The notes under the pieces were generated by a model. That model saw only the letters and a list, made by a program, of their open reading frames with translations, did not search any database and was not told where the DNA came from. DNA of 64,000 nt. Origin: Oikopleura dioica. Its lineage: Eukaryota > Animalia > Chordata. Within the stretch, counting starts at the first letter, position 1. Each line of letters starts with the position of its first letter. Shown in pieces: positions 24,505 through 37,519 of the stretch. The position numbers and the translations under genes were made by a program. The stretch spans positions 10,230,001 to 10,294,000 of the forward strand of contig OU015567.1 in the NCBI GenBank assembly GCA_907165135.1, in the 5' to 3' direction.

Positions 24505-25382
24505 ATGCAAAGATGGATCGACACTCATTTACAGAAACGCGGAAACCACTTCCTTTGCCGGGTCGATGAATGCTTCATGACGGACAGCTTCAATCTCACT
24601 GGACTCGCGGAATGCATCCCTAATTTCCTCAACGTTTATTATTATAAAAAGAATGCATCCTGACATTCTTTAGGTTCTACAGAGAATTTTGAATACAGAA
24701 TCAACCTCTGACGACAGCGATTCCAATCCTTCAGCAAGCTCAAAAAGCGAGAAAGAAGAAGAGAAAGAATTGGCCGCTGAAACACTTTATGGCCTTATCC
24801 ATGCTCGATTCATTATGACGAGACGAGGGTCGGACGAAATGAAGGACAAGTTTTATAATAATATCTTCGGAGTTTGCCCTCGGTAAATAAAATGCAGTTT
24901 TCTATCTCTTACTGGTGATTCTAGTGTCACTTGCGCGACAAGTCTCCTTCCAATCGGCCTTTCAGACGCCCCTTGTGAAGGTGAATATAAAAAACTGATT
25001 GTAAGTATTCAACCATCAATCCTTTTAAGAAAATGTAAAAACCTACTGTCCGATGTGCGACGAAATCTTTGAAGCGAAATCCTCCAAAGTTCGAGGTCTT
25101 GACGGCGCTTTCTTTGGAATCAGTTTCCCAGTTTGTCATCTTCGAAAACGCTCTAAATAGCTTCAATAATTCTCTTTAGCACATGTTCTTCATGATGAAC
25201 CCAGAATGTCGTCCTGCAAAGAAAAAATCTCATGGCTGGGTACCGAAATTGTTTGGCTTTCGGATTCATCCGTCTGCTTACCAATCACAGGTTTTTTTGT
25301 TTCATCATTTTCTTTATAAGTGCGTCGACTCTAGGAACCTGAAGAGGAAACAAAAGACGAAAATGAAGACAAGGAAGAATAA
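24505..25382 (+). CDS. CSNK2B: Casein kinase II regulatory beta subunit-like, divergent paralogue
   Basis: [76 protein letters not shown] and [12 protein letters not shown] are collinear with CK2 beta, including the four Zn-binding Cys. Confidence 0.9.
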
Positions 25383-25755
25383 GACAAAATAGTGTCAAAA
25401 ATAAGAAGACTTTCACTGTATCCCAATCCTTTATCACTGCCTTTATGTTCATAAATGTTCACTTTCAGTAACAGTTCCAGGATGAATCGTATAGAAAAGG
25501 TGCTCAAAGACCCTTGTCTACCATATTTACAGTAGTTCAGAGATTGTTGAACAGCTTATCTTTCTTCTGAACAAACTGTCAAGAAACCGTTTTCATCTCG
25601 TTTTCAGACAGTGTAAACAACGAACCGAAATAAATAAAGTTTACACTTGATCATATAAACAATCGTTTTCTTTATTCAAAGTGTGAAATTTAGCATGTTT
25701 CGATCTTGCCGAACCGGCCACCTTCTCTTGATAGTCGGTCATTCCAAGACTCACG

Positions 25756-28431
25756 ATGCTTGGATCAAGATTTCAGAGATTGCTTCTAATTCTTGGGGGC
25801 TTTGGCTCCGCACAGGTTAAGAAATTGAATTAACTTTTCGCATACTAGCCTTCTTTTAGGATCCGTATCCAGGATGTGACCCTGAAAAATGTCCTCAAAT
25901 GGGAACAACCTTTTCCTGCGGTGTCGTTATAAAAGAGTACCCAAACTCCCAGGATGAAAACGGTGACAATTTGGTTAAGTGCGGGTACATGATCACTGGC
26001 TCAAGATCAAAGTATTCGGAGCTTCAGGAGCTCTGCAAAAATATGGCACCGATGGCCCGTGATAGCGAGTGGGAAGCTGGAGAGGGCACTGGGGATATGA
26101 TCTCTCTGGAGAATCAGGTTCAACAGGATATTTTAACTTATCACGTGAAGAATATCACTGTGAATCCAAACAACCCGAACTCATTCTACTATCCGTACGT
26201 TTACATCGGCTTCCGGCGATTATGTGGGACATGTCCGTGGTTTTGGGAAGATGGAAGTCCAGTTTCATGGACCCACTGGCTCCCTCCCAGCTACCCAACA
26301 ACCAGTACTTACGCAAACTGCGCGTGGAGCTACGCGTATGGTACATACGAGGGCGAATGGCGCAACTACGCTTGCTACTCGAGCTATCCCGGATACTGTG
26401 AATACTTTCCCAAGGGTCGTCCTTCACCTAAACTCATCCCGCTTCCGAATCCAGTTAAGAATGGCGGCTGTCTTGCCGGTTGGTGGAAGTTTGGCGGCTA
26501 CTGTTACAAACAAATCGGCTTCAGCAACAATATCTGGGACGAGAGCCAATACAAGACCTACGACGACGCCAATGCTCAGTGCAACAATCTCTGGTCTGGC
26601 GCAACACTCGCAATGGTTCCTTCTCCTCAACACAACGCCATGGTTGCTGCTCTCCTTGGACCACATACAGCTGGAGGCAAGAGCCCGTGGATCGGAGTGA
26701 AGAGCTTCGCGCAAAATGAATATTATTTTGCGAATATAGATCAGACGCGCATTTATTACTCGAATTGGGTTGCCAGTAAACCAAATCATCTTCATCTCGG
26801 TTTGGAGAACTGCGTCGAAATGAAGTGGAAGCCTGAGTGGAGCTACAACGGCGGGGTAGAAGCTGGACAGTGGGAGAATCGAAACTGTAATGAAAACAGA
26901 CCCTATGTCTGTTCCCGCGCAGAGGACTCTTCCATCGGTAACTATGTATTCCCAACTGATCAGACTTGGGCGAACCAAACCTGTCCCGAGGGATGGATCC
27001 CTAAGGGCGCCGCTTGCTACAAGTTCTCGACCGATAAAAAGACCTTTGATGATGCTTCAAAGTACTGTCAAGACACCGTGAAGCAAGAAGTCAGCGGCGC
27101 AATCAAGGGCGATTTGATGACCTTCTGGGATGATTACGAGCGCAATCATGCGTATTCCTTTTTCCGTGACGATTCCGTCGACAATCGAAACGATGTTACT
27201 CTTCCATTCTTTGGCGACTATGGCATTTGGGTTGGTCTGGATAAAAGACGGAACAATACTTGGAGATGGATTGATGACTGGCCGATGACAGGAACTCATT
27301 GGGCACCAGGTACAATAGTTAGCCCATTTGACGATCCCAAATTTTTTTTATCAATTTTGATGTCTAATTATATTCTTTTAAGGAAAACCTCAGCCAAACA
27401 GTAACGGAGGCAAAGATTGTGCTTTCATCAATAAAGATGGCTACATGACTGACGAATCGTGCTCTACTCCGATGCCATTCATCTGCAAGGCGGAATTCGT
27501 CGACTATACTCCAAGCGTAAGAATTATCAGTTCTTCCAGCTAAATCAATTTAGTGGCGGGACTCCATCTCCAATCTTGGTGAGGCTTTGGATTGCCCTGA
27601 TGGCTGGACGGAATTTTACGATCATTGCATCAAGGGATTCAAGGAGCAGGTTACCTGGTTCACTGCCCGACAGACCTGCGAATCAAGCGGAGGCGACTTG
27701 GTTTCGATTCACTCTGAATGTAAGTCTATCTTACTTTTCCAAGTATACCGGTGGTTTAGTCAAAAACAACTTCGTCAAGCAGCTCTACAGCGATCTGAAA
27801 GTGCCTTATCCTGATGAGCCTGGACCATGGATCGGTCTTCGCGAAACTCCCACTCCAGAATGGTCTGATAAGTCCTCTGTTGCGTTCATCAACTGGGCGA
27901 ATGGGCAGCCCGATGATTATGTAAGTTTGGATGAATTCAACACGATTGATGAAGTGCCTTTAGGAAGGAAATGAAGCGTGTGGACAGATGATCACATCCG
28001 GCGCGTGGAATGATGAGATGTGCGACAACCAACATCCCTTTATGTGCCAAAGAGTCAGGACGTATTCCTACTGTGCTGCTGCAGCAGAGGCTGGAAAGTT
28101 TGAACAGTGTGGATATGCAGGAGTCAGGTATGATTTTTTACATCATTCATCATCGAACTATTCTTCAGTGAGGAACAGTGCGTAAAAGAATTCCAATGCT
28201 GCTGGAACCCAATTCAGCCGGTGAAATGCTTCGCGCCGAAGAAACCTGGTCTCCATCCTGGCATAACAGCAGGTGCGGCAGTTGCTGCAACGCTTTTCAC
28301 CGTCGGCATTGTTGGAGGAGCATATATTTACTACACAAAATATGGCTTTGGAACACCAGGGTAAAAATTCTTTCTCGGACTCTTTAATGATCTTTCTTAG
28401 CTCTGGCGGAATTTCGAATCCTGTGGCATAA
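25756..28431 (+). CDS. Type I membrane receptor: signal peptide, four C-type lectin domains, trefoil domain, TM, short tail
   Basis: Signal exon MLGSRFQRLLLILGGFGSAQ. Repeated WIG/WVG, ENCV and W-x-D/N-x-x-C motifs; the fourth CTLD has QPD...WND. A six-Cys trefoil is followed by a hydrophobic TM (ITAGAAVAATLFTVGIVGGAYIYY) and a tail ending ISNPVA*. Confidence 0.9.
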
Positions 28432-29593
28432 ATTATGCCGCATAATGGTCGAAGCGTTTTACATTTTGTACATTTTCTTTCCCTATATTTTCCTGCATAC
28501 TTCAAATAAAGCTTATAATAAGTATTAATCTCGCATTCTGTTGATGCAACTTTTAGAAATCAAGGTCACTCTCCATTCAAGTGTCTTTCTCAATCAGTCG
28601 CTAAATAATCTAATCTTATTAATCTTAATCTTGGCTCTCGTCAGATTCAGTCGTCGTATTAGAGCATTTTCCTGATGAGAGCAAAAACGTGGCAAAACTT
28701 GCTAAACATGTGTCGATGAGCGTTTCCAATTGAGACATGATAGATGAAAGATTCATCTGAGACTGATTATTTCCACAAAAATCAAATCATCTTCACTCCA
28801 CGTGAGAAGTTTTTACTCTTCGAATAATCACTACTCAAACAATCGGACTTTTTTGAAACACTGTCCTTTTGAGATGAAAAAGTTATAAGCCTCTATTTTC
28901 CTTCATCCGTGGGGAACACTTGGTCCTTTTGAAAATCGTCTTACATACAGTGTATTCAATTGGCTCATGATGATGTGTTTCCACCTGTCTTCATGAGCGG
29001 TTTTAGCTTATAAAAACTTCGAAGACTCCTTATTTATGGCTATAGTCTAAAATTGAACCAATGCTGAACAAACTGAGCGCATAAGGTTGCATCTGAAGTT
29101 ACCTAAGAAAAGGTAAGTTGAATTGAAAGTCCTTATTTAGGCAACGTCATAAGGTGCCAGTGACTGGCAGCAAGTCGTAATTTTTGCTAAAAGGGTCGTG
29201 CATTAATCGAAAATAAATTCAACTGCTTCTCAGTAAATTATAACCTTTAGAATAACCTATTACTAATAGGCTATTACTAATAGCATATTACTCCATGGAT
29301 ACATCAGTAAGATTGCTATCAAATTCAGAGGATTATTTTCCGATAGGCCGACATTTGCACTCGTGCTTTAGGTACCCTATCCTTAGCTTGCCATTTTGCA
29401 TTCACTTGTACAAACAGCGAAGGTCAGCTCAAGAAGGTGCAGCTACTTTTCTTGGCTTCATTATTCATTTGCAAGGGAGCAAGTTCTGAGCTGCGTTAAT
29501 TTTTCAACAGAAAAACGAGAGCAATATAAGAGCCGCGGGAGCCGCTTAGACAACCACAGAGCTAGAATCAGATTGATATATTTCCAGAAAAAA

Positions 29594-30088
29594 ATGGCAG
29601 ATGACAAACGGCAGGTATGTGATACGGTACGTTCCAAAAGCTCGGGAATTAAAACGTATCCTTAGGCATTTAACGTTGCAATGCAAGATGCGCAAAATGC
29701 GTTTTACGATATTTTCGTCAAATTGGAAACGATGGAGTCAGACTCGCAAATGCACGCGGATCAGGTCAAGCAGCTAAGAGAGGACTTGCACAACTCAGAG
29801 AAAATTCGAATGGAACTCTGTGCCAAGTACAGTAACTTGAGGGTAAAGTTGATTTGCGATGCTGCCAAATCATAACAAAAATCAAAGGTCAAATACGAGC
29901 GGCTACGAACATCCATCAAAGAAGCCATGACTTTGAATTCACCTACTCCTGATCTAATGGCTCGACTCGGAAGCAAGGTTGAAGCTGATCTCAACTCAAC
30001 TCGGGTTTCTTCAAGAGCCAGCAGCGGCTCCGTCTCTGATCAAGTCTCAAAAATTGAAGGACTTTCCGTTGATGAAAATGGAGAATGA
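29594..30088 (+). CDS. Small coiled-coil protein, unknown function (3 exons)
   Basis: Two phase-0 GT-AG introns join MADDKRQ | AFNVAMQDAQNAFYDIF...YSNLR | VKYERLRTSIKEAM...DENGE*. The middle is heptad-like. Confidence 0.7.
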
Positions 30089-30270
30089 TCTTTGTCTATA
30101 TTGTAAAATAGCCCCTTTCGCACTTTCTGTTTGAAATAAACGATAAAAAGCACGTTTCGTCACTTCTGTTTTTCTTGCCATCCTAACCTCCATCTTTCTT
30201 CCTTTTGATCTGGGCAGAAAAAAAGAACGGAAGAAACGATTGAAAAAGGACCAGTTTGAATTTGGCAGAG

Positions 30271-31460
30271 ATGGAAGCGAAAATTAAAAAGTATTTGATT
30301 ATTTTAGCTGTTTCTTGTTTCTTCAGCACGGCATTGAGCATTCTTGGGATATTTCTGAAAGATGGAACGAAGTTTGGAGAGCTAGAATTCTTGAATGAAA
30401 CCTTGGTAAATCAAAGCATAAAAGACTGGTATCAATATAAACTGCAATCTCAACACTTATGAATGATACGATTAACAAATGTAATATCGCGTAGGTCTTA
30501 TACCAGAAAAAGTTTGGACAACAATTACAAACGCGCTAGAAAATCATCATTGCTGGAATTACGTAAACAAAACAGATGCCATTCAGACGTGTGATCTATT
30601 TGAGACAGAACTTCCTATCCTGAACCCACAGGATACCAAAAAAACTATGAAAAAGTAATCAGCGCAATTTGAAGTCAGCTTCTCAAAAATAACAGATTAA
30701 ATTCATCATTTTTTTATAGTTTCGCCCTTTTCGGCGAATTCACATTCTTGAGAAACGAAATTGAATACATCAATAGAACGCATTTTAAAATCGCAGCAGA
30801 TGGCGGTGAACACATCACTAGGTAACTGGTTAAATAACTGCTTAAAATTTCTATTCAAGATATCATCTGAAAAAAGTCTTCAAAAGCTTAGGAAACTTTC
30901 AAGGAACGAATGAAGAATCTATTTTTCAGGAAAATGTTGAAAGGGCTAACAAAAATGGGTCTTATTAGGATTTATTTTTATATTCTCCAAAGCTATCACC
31001 TGGAATAGGAGTGCAATACTCCAGAAGCTTCTTAGTAGAAAACTACTGTCTTTCAAGAAGATTTGAAGATCCTCCCTCTTTCTATACTGATGTACGAAAT
31101 ATAAAATTGGTTGTAAAGAGAGACTTACTATTTCAGTTACCCTTCATATGCATCACAAACCGAGCAGGGAATGAAACTTTTCGGCCGATTTGGGCAAATA
31201 GGAAAGAATTTTCACTCACAGAGCAAACCTGGCTTTGGATTCCATACGATGAAAAGAGCAAGTTTATTTTTCAAAACTTCAGCATATATGATGACTGCCA
31301 AGAGGGGAGCTTGTTCATGGTGGAAACGACTGAAGATGTTGATAAGTTGAAACGAATGTTGAGGATTTCGATCCTGTTTTCTGGTAGGTATTAAAAGTAA
31401 AATTAACATTCGGAAATAATTTTAGATTGTCATCATCTCAATTCATCATTAAATCATAAA
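30271..31460 (+). CDS. Type II membrane/secreted orphan protein (3' end uncertain, may extend to about 31900)
   Basis: N-terminal signal-anchor KKYLIILAVSCFFSTALSILGIFLK, then several GT-AG-bounded exons and ORF 31011-31394 with N-glycosylation sequons. No family recognised. Confidence 0.5.
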
Positions 31461-32460
31461 GGTACATCTAGTGTCAGAAAGAATCTTAAAAACGATTTGA
31501 GATTGCTCAAAAACAGATATTCCCGTATTTTTTCCACTCAACTTCGGCATCAATTTACCATGTGAGATGCTTTAGAATTGATTCTCAATTAAAACTCTAA
31601 CAGTGCGCGCTCAAACATCGAAAACTTTGGAAACATGGGAGGGGAAAGCTATCAGCTCAAAGGTATTAAACCTGCTTGGACTATGTTATGAAGCGAGGAC
31701 TTTACTTCCGACAATTCTTTTGATTGATTACAACGTCACTGGGACCTTTCTGCATCTTAGATGCAGCATCTAGATTTTGAAGAAGCATATGGAGCGAATT
31801 ACTGTCTTAAGAAATCGCCGATAATAAGACGAAAAAAAGTATGCTCTGAAAATTAAGTTTTGCTGTTCGAACTCCGAAATACATGCATCAGAATACAGAA
31901 AAAAAAATATTTTATTTGTAATCTTTGTCGATTGCAGTCTGAAAGAATGAAGCTTGGAATCATTTCACGGGAATTCCGCATCTTTTCTTTTCGAATCATT
32001 TTCAATTACGGTTACTTTCTTCTTTCGATGGAAAACTGAGCAGAGGCTCCTAATGACCAGCAGAAATATCGCCAGAAAGACTAAAATCCTTGCGAAATAG
32101 AGTTGCAAAGCGACTTTGCTTACCTAACGATAATTCGATAATCCCGGCTATTGATAAATACATTCTCTATTATTTTCCTCTGTAAGGAGGCCTTGTCAGC
32201 TAACTTAGACAGTGGATATTTGCGCTGATATCAAATAAGTGCGAAAATTTCGGCCAAAACCTTTTTTAAAAAGAACGAAACAACGGCTATAAATTTCCCT
32301 GTGCGAGTGAAATTTATGGCAACTTTGCGAACATGGGAGGAATTTTATATTCTTAAGTTTGAGTTGTTGCAAATTTAGCGAACATCGAAGTGGATGATGC
32401 CGAATAAATAGGTTTTGAAACAGTCAAAAAACGGTTTCGATAATTCGTCTATTGAACTTT

Positions 32461-33357
32461 TTATTCGTGGAGAGCAGCACGGAGGGCGTCCTTCATCGAG
32501 GCAGTCAATGGCTGAGAGTCCTTGCCCAAGATCATGGCCTGAAAAAGAGAAAGTTATCGAATGGAAGAAGTGGTGAGATCAATGAGGATTCTGTTTGAAA
32601 AATGTTAAAATTCTGTTTGTTAGTTTTCAAACTCAACAATTATTCTACGATCTGCTTCGCCCAGGGCATAATTATAACTGGAATGAGCAAAAAATCTCAA
32701 AAGCGTCTAGAAAAGAGAGAATTTCAAGCTGTTGAAGGGTTTGATTACCTTGGTAGATTCGTCAAGAACGGCGGGAACAGCAATAGTGTCGGGCATGACA
32801 GCTCCGGGCTTGTCGAAGGAGTAGATTTCTCGGAGGAGCTCCTTAAGATCGTCCTTCCAGCCGAACTTGTTGCAGAAGAATCGGTACTCGATCGAGTGTG
32901 CTAAAAGCGATTAGAGAGGGAAATGAAAAGGGAGTGAACTCACGTGGCTGCCAGATTCGGAGAGCCTGGGGATCGTCAAGACCGAGGGGCTCCATGTACT
33001 GCTCGAAGAGGGATCGTCGATCGGGGTAGAGCTTCATTTCTGTCTTCTTTAGGAGACAGTTGTAGACACCCTGGTAGAAGAGGATACTAGTAATCAACAG
33101 TCAATCGACATTTCTGTGAATTTCAACGTACCCAAGAGTAAGAGCGCCGTACATGGCGAGAACGAGGACTTCATTACCGTGGGAAGCAGTCTCGAAGAAA
33201 AGCTCTTTGGTGGATCGGATTTTACCCTGAAAAATTGGTTGAGGAAGAAAAGAGAGGAAGTGGCTCTTACGTTGGTGACGAACTTGAAATACGAATTTCG
33301 GGCGGACTGGCCGACGACAGGTCGGAGAGCGAGAACTGGTCGAGACAATCGATTCAT
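32461..33357 (-). CDS. Mitochondrial single-TM protein, possibly NDUFA4/B12D-like
   Basis: Five phase-consistent exons. Arg/Ser-rich, acid-free presequence MNRLSRPVLALRPVVGQSAR; TM EVLVLAMYGALTLGILFYQGV; ends ...DALRAALHE*. The family assignment is weak. Confidence 0.65.
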
Positions 33358-34032
33358 CTCGTACCTGAAACCAAAAGGATGATGATTTTGCTGTTTGTGA
33401 AATTTGAAAGAGCAGAGAAATACAGTCAAATTTGGTTGATTCCATCAATAATGAATAGTAGGTATACTAACGAAAACCCCTGAAAAGACTGTAAGACATT
33501 AGGACTGAAAATTTACATCCTCTTTTCTAAATTTACAATCTGATAACCTATTTTTTATCGAAAGCCAATAAGATACGCGTGTTTCCCTAGATCACTGTCA
33601 AAATTTGAACGCTTTTGTAATAGCCTTATGGTTTGAATTAAAACATTGAGAACTGAAAATAAATAAATTTTTCTGTCAGATCTTCGATTCTTCTAGAAAG
33701 TAAAATCTCTGCAAAAATGACTCAGAAGGGCTGAAATCTCCCTTTTTCGCTTCAAAAAATCGTCTCTTTTTTCATTCAAGCGGGAGTTTCGCGTTTTGCG
33801 TAGGTGCTTTAGCTTGCGGGGATTCGACGAGCGGCGAAAATATTGAACCAATTGAGCAAAAATTGTCGACGAAATTTTGAATTCCTCGTTACGGGAAGAT
33901 TGCAGCGAAAAAAGGAAAGGAAGCAATAGTCGAGGAGGCTTCTAGAATTGCCCCAGAAGAAAAAAGAGAAGTAAAAGTTGTTGGATAGAAGCCGTTTTGA
34001 AGGAAGAGTCTTGAAGTTTGAAACTTGGGAAG

Positions 34033-34960
34033 ATGAAAAATGAAGAAAAGAAAATGGAATATGGAGATATTTTGAATAATGAGGCAAAGATGAAAGAAAG
34101 TAGGGATAAAGCTTATGTAAGTACTTAATTTGATATAACTTATAATATAAGTTGAAAATTGATTTTCATCTTGAAAATTTATTTCTCCGGTCTATTTTCG
34201 TTACTTCTTGTAAATTTGTAAAATTGTAAATTGTCGGTAATTTCACCATGCATTTTTACTCATACTCTCATGCGTGTTTACAAATGAGGGTGAACGACAG
34301 CCTACAACTTAGTATTCATCTATAGGGAACTACTTAAAAACATAGACGTGAGGCTTTTATTTTTCTCTGATGATTTCTTGAGTAACTATCTTGAATCTTT
34401 CTTTTCAGGATTTCCAGCGCGACCCCTTCCGAACTCGAAATTCTCGTCCCGAAGCCAAGTTCGATTTGAGTGGCAATGAAACTCTCGTTTCTTATCGGAA
34501 GAATAAGAAGTCCCTCCTGCACAGATTTCTTGAGAAGCGAGGCTTGTTATCTCCCGACCCGTATCTTAGAATGGTAAGTCAGAACCATAATTTTATGATA
34601 CATTCTGTAGTGTGGGTTTCTTGTTGCTTCGTTTAACTGTCCAATGATTACACAACCCTTTACTTTAGTCACGGCTATGATAAGTAAAAACTCTTGAATT
34701 ACGATGAGGAAAGTTACGTATCAAGGAGCTATCGGACCCTTGCGGTGCCTCACTATACCTCTCAATCAAAACCCTCTTTAGCACCAGAAGATGCGCTACG
34801 AAAGATTCATGAAGATCGGCGCCTTCGTCGGAATCACCTCAATGTATCTCATCACTTCAGTCGTTCAACAACAACGCGAAGATGGATCGAAACCGCCACT
34901 GATGGAGCGTGTTCGTTGGATGATCAAAGATACTCTCGACGCTCCCGGATAATGATGTGA
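34033..34960 (+). CDS. Orphan protein (last exon uncertain)
   Basis: Exon MKNEEKKMEYGD...RDKAY|gt joins in phase 0 to ag|DFQRDPFRTRNSRPE...PYLRM|gt. Downstream ORF 34694-34960 may be the final exon. Confidence 0.4.
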
Positions 34961-35034
34961 ATTTGAACGGCTAATTTATTCTTTTTCTTTCTTCACTATT
35001 TCTGGCTGGATCTAATGTTCTTGATTATTGTAGA

Positions 35035-35440
35035 ATGCTCAGCCGAATCGCCCGAGTCGCTCCCCGAGTTGCCGTCCGACAGGTCGCCGTAAGTATAATT
35101 TTCAGTCAATGAACTTTACTTTTGTCCTCTTCTACGCTATTTAAAATAGAATTGCGTGATTAAAATGATTTTTTAAAGACCTACAACCCTCACCACAACA
35201 AGATCGCCGCTGGTGTCTTCCTGTGGATCACCGCCACCATCTACTGGGGCACCGCTCGACCATACCTCCAGGATGAACTCTGGGAACAGAAGGCGCGTTT
35301 TCAACCTCGTTTACACTTTTTGTTCGGTTTTATTTTATTAAAGACTTTGTCTCTCTTAGAAGTGAAAAGAAACAAGTTTGAAAACGCCTGAAAAGTCCAC
35401 CTTCTCCAAGGTCGAATCCGAAGAAGAAGATGACGAGTAA
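35035..35440 (+). CDS. Small mitochondrial single-TM protein with acidic tail
   Basis: MLSRIARVAPRVAVRQVA | TYNPHHNKIAAGVFLWITATIYWGTARPYLQDELWEQK | STFSKVESEEEDDE*. The second intron uses a GC donor, and the last acceptor is inferred. Confidence 0.7.
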
Positions 35441-35818
35441 ATCAATCTTTGAAAACGACCATGCATTCTGCTTTTCATATTCTTGAATTCGCGAACTATT
35501 TATTGCGGTTTACAACTGCATATTCCTCTCACATGCACTGAGTTGGGCATTCATTTTCCTAATTCAGAATAAGAAAAAATAAATAAAGTTATCCTACTAG
35601 TTCAATGTGTGTCTTTTTCTTTCTTCCTTGATCTCAACTACCATTTTCTCGATCTACAAAGGATCCGAAGGAAACTGTACGAAATTTGAGTACGAGCGTA
35701 GTGTAGGGATGAATCATCTTTCCTCGCATGATTAGGCCCATTTTTCTGAATTTGAAAATGGTTTTCCGAAAGTAGTTTTTCGTCTTTTCAGAGGTTGAGT
35801 GAAGGAAAGTAGAACAAG

Positions 35819-37519
35819 ATGGCTCGTATGCCAACAGCAGTCGTGGATGTAGGAACTGGATATACGAAACTAGGTTTTGCTGGCAATTCTGAACCGCAGT
35901 TTATTTTTCCATCGCAGATTGCTGTTAGGTATGCAAGATGAGAGAGAGAGAGTGAGCTTTTAATTTCGATTTAGAGAACAAGCTGGTGTCACAAACACGC
36001 GAACGTATAAGGGCGTCGATGATTTAGGAAAGGGTTGAGCCGCTCTTTTTACTTTCTTTCGGAAGAGCATTTTGGACTCTTTGATAGACTTTTTCATCGG
36101 TGACGATGCAACAGACCGTCCAAACTACGCATCAAAATGGCCACTGAGGCATGGAATTATCGAAGATTGGGATCTGTACGAGCGTTTTATGGAACAAATC
36201 ATCTTCAAATATCTCCGGGCTGAGCCTGAAGATCATTACTTTCTTCTAACCGAGCCGCCACTGAACCCGCCAGAAAATCGAGAGTATCTGGCAGAAATCA
36301 TGTTTGAGAGTTTCAACGTCCCGGGAATGTATATTGCAGTCCAAGGTAGAAAAATCAATAACGAATGATTGCGCAATTAAAAACAAATTCGTAGCTGTTT
36401 TGGCTCTCGCCGCCTCTTGGACTGCCAGACAGAGTGGAGAACGATGCCTGACAGGCACTGTTGTTGACTCTGGAGATGGAGTCACTCACGTTATCCCAGT
36501 TGCCGAGGGTTACGTTATTGGATCGTGTATCAAACACATCCCAATCGCCGGCCGAGACATCACGCATTTTATCCAGAACTTGATAAAAGACAGAGAATTC
36601 GGAGTTCCACCAGAGCAGTCTTTTGAAGTCGCCAAGGTCTGTTCAATTTATCTTTTCTTAAAAAAACTCTTTTGGTAGGCAATCAAAGAGCGATTTTGCT
36701 ACGTCTGTCCAGATATCGCCAAGGAGTTCAGAAAATACGAAACTGATGTCGTCAAGTGGGTCAAGAACTACACCGGATTCAACAATATCACAAAGAAAAA
36801 GTTTGAAATCGACGTTGGTCATGAGCGATTCATGGGGCCAGAAATCTTTTTCCATCCAGTGAGTTCTTCTTTTTCTCATACCGAGCTCGAAGTGGTCGAT
36901 ATTCTACGATGCTAACTTTTTCATAGGAATTTGCTAATCCTGACTTTACCACATCTATCAGTGATGTTGTGGACGATGTCATTGCAAACTGCCCAATCGA
37001 CACAAGAAGACCTCTTTATGGAAATATTGGTACGTATTGTAAAGTAGCAGAATGGAAATTTACTCGCTACGCAAGTGAACTCAGCCGTGAATAAGAACTT
37101 AATTTAGTTCTCTCTGGCGGATCAACGATGTTTAAAGATTTCGGCAGGCGCCTTCAAAGAGATGTGAATAAACTCATCAACAACAGAATCAAGTTATCAG
37201 AAGAACTTTCCGGTGGCAAAATGAAGGCCAAAGAAATGAAAGTCGAGGTATTCTAATTATGCTAATATGCTCAAGAGTTAATTGTCAAATTTTAATTAGG
37301 TTATTTCTCATCCAATGCAGAGATATGCCGTTTGGTTTGGAGGATCTCTTCTTGGAGCCACTCCCGAATTTGGGACCTTTTGCAGGACAAAAGCTCGTAA
37401 GTACCGATTTCAGATGAAGGTTTCGTTTTGATCCACTCTTATCATCAATGAATTAAGAATACGAAGAGTACGGGCCGTCAATTTGCAGACATAATCCAGT
37501 CTTTGGCTCAATGTTTTAA
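35819..37519 (+). CDS. ACTR3: Actin-related protein 3 (Arp2/3 complex)
   Basis: [78 protein letters not shown] and [10 protein letters not shown] are diagnostic of Arp3. Confidence 0.98.
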
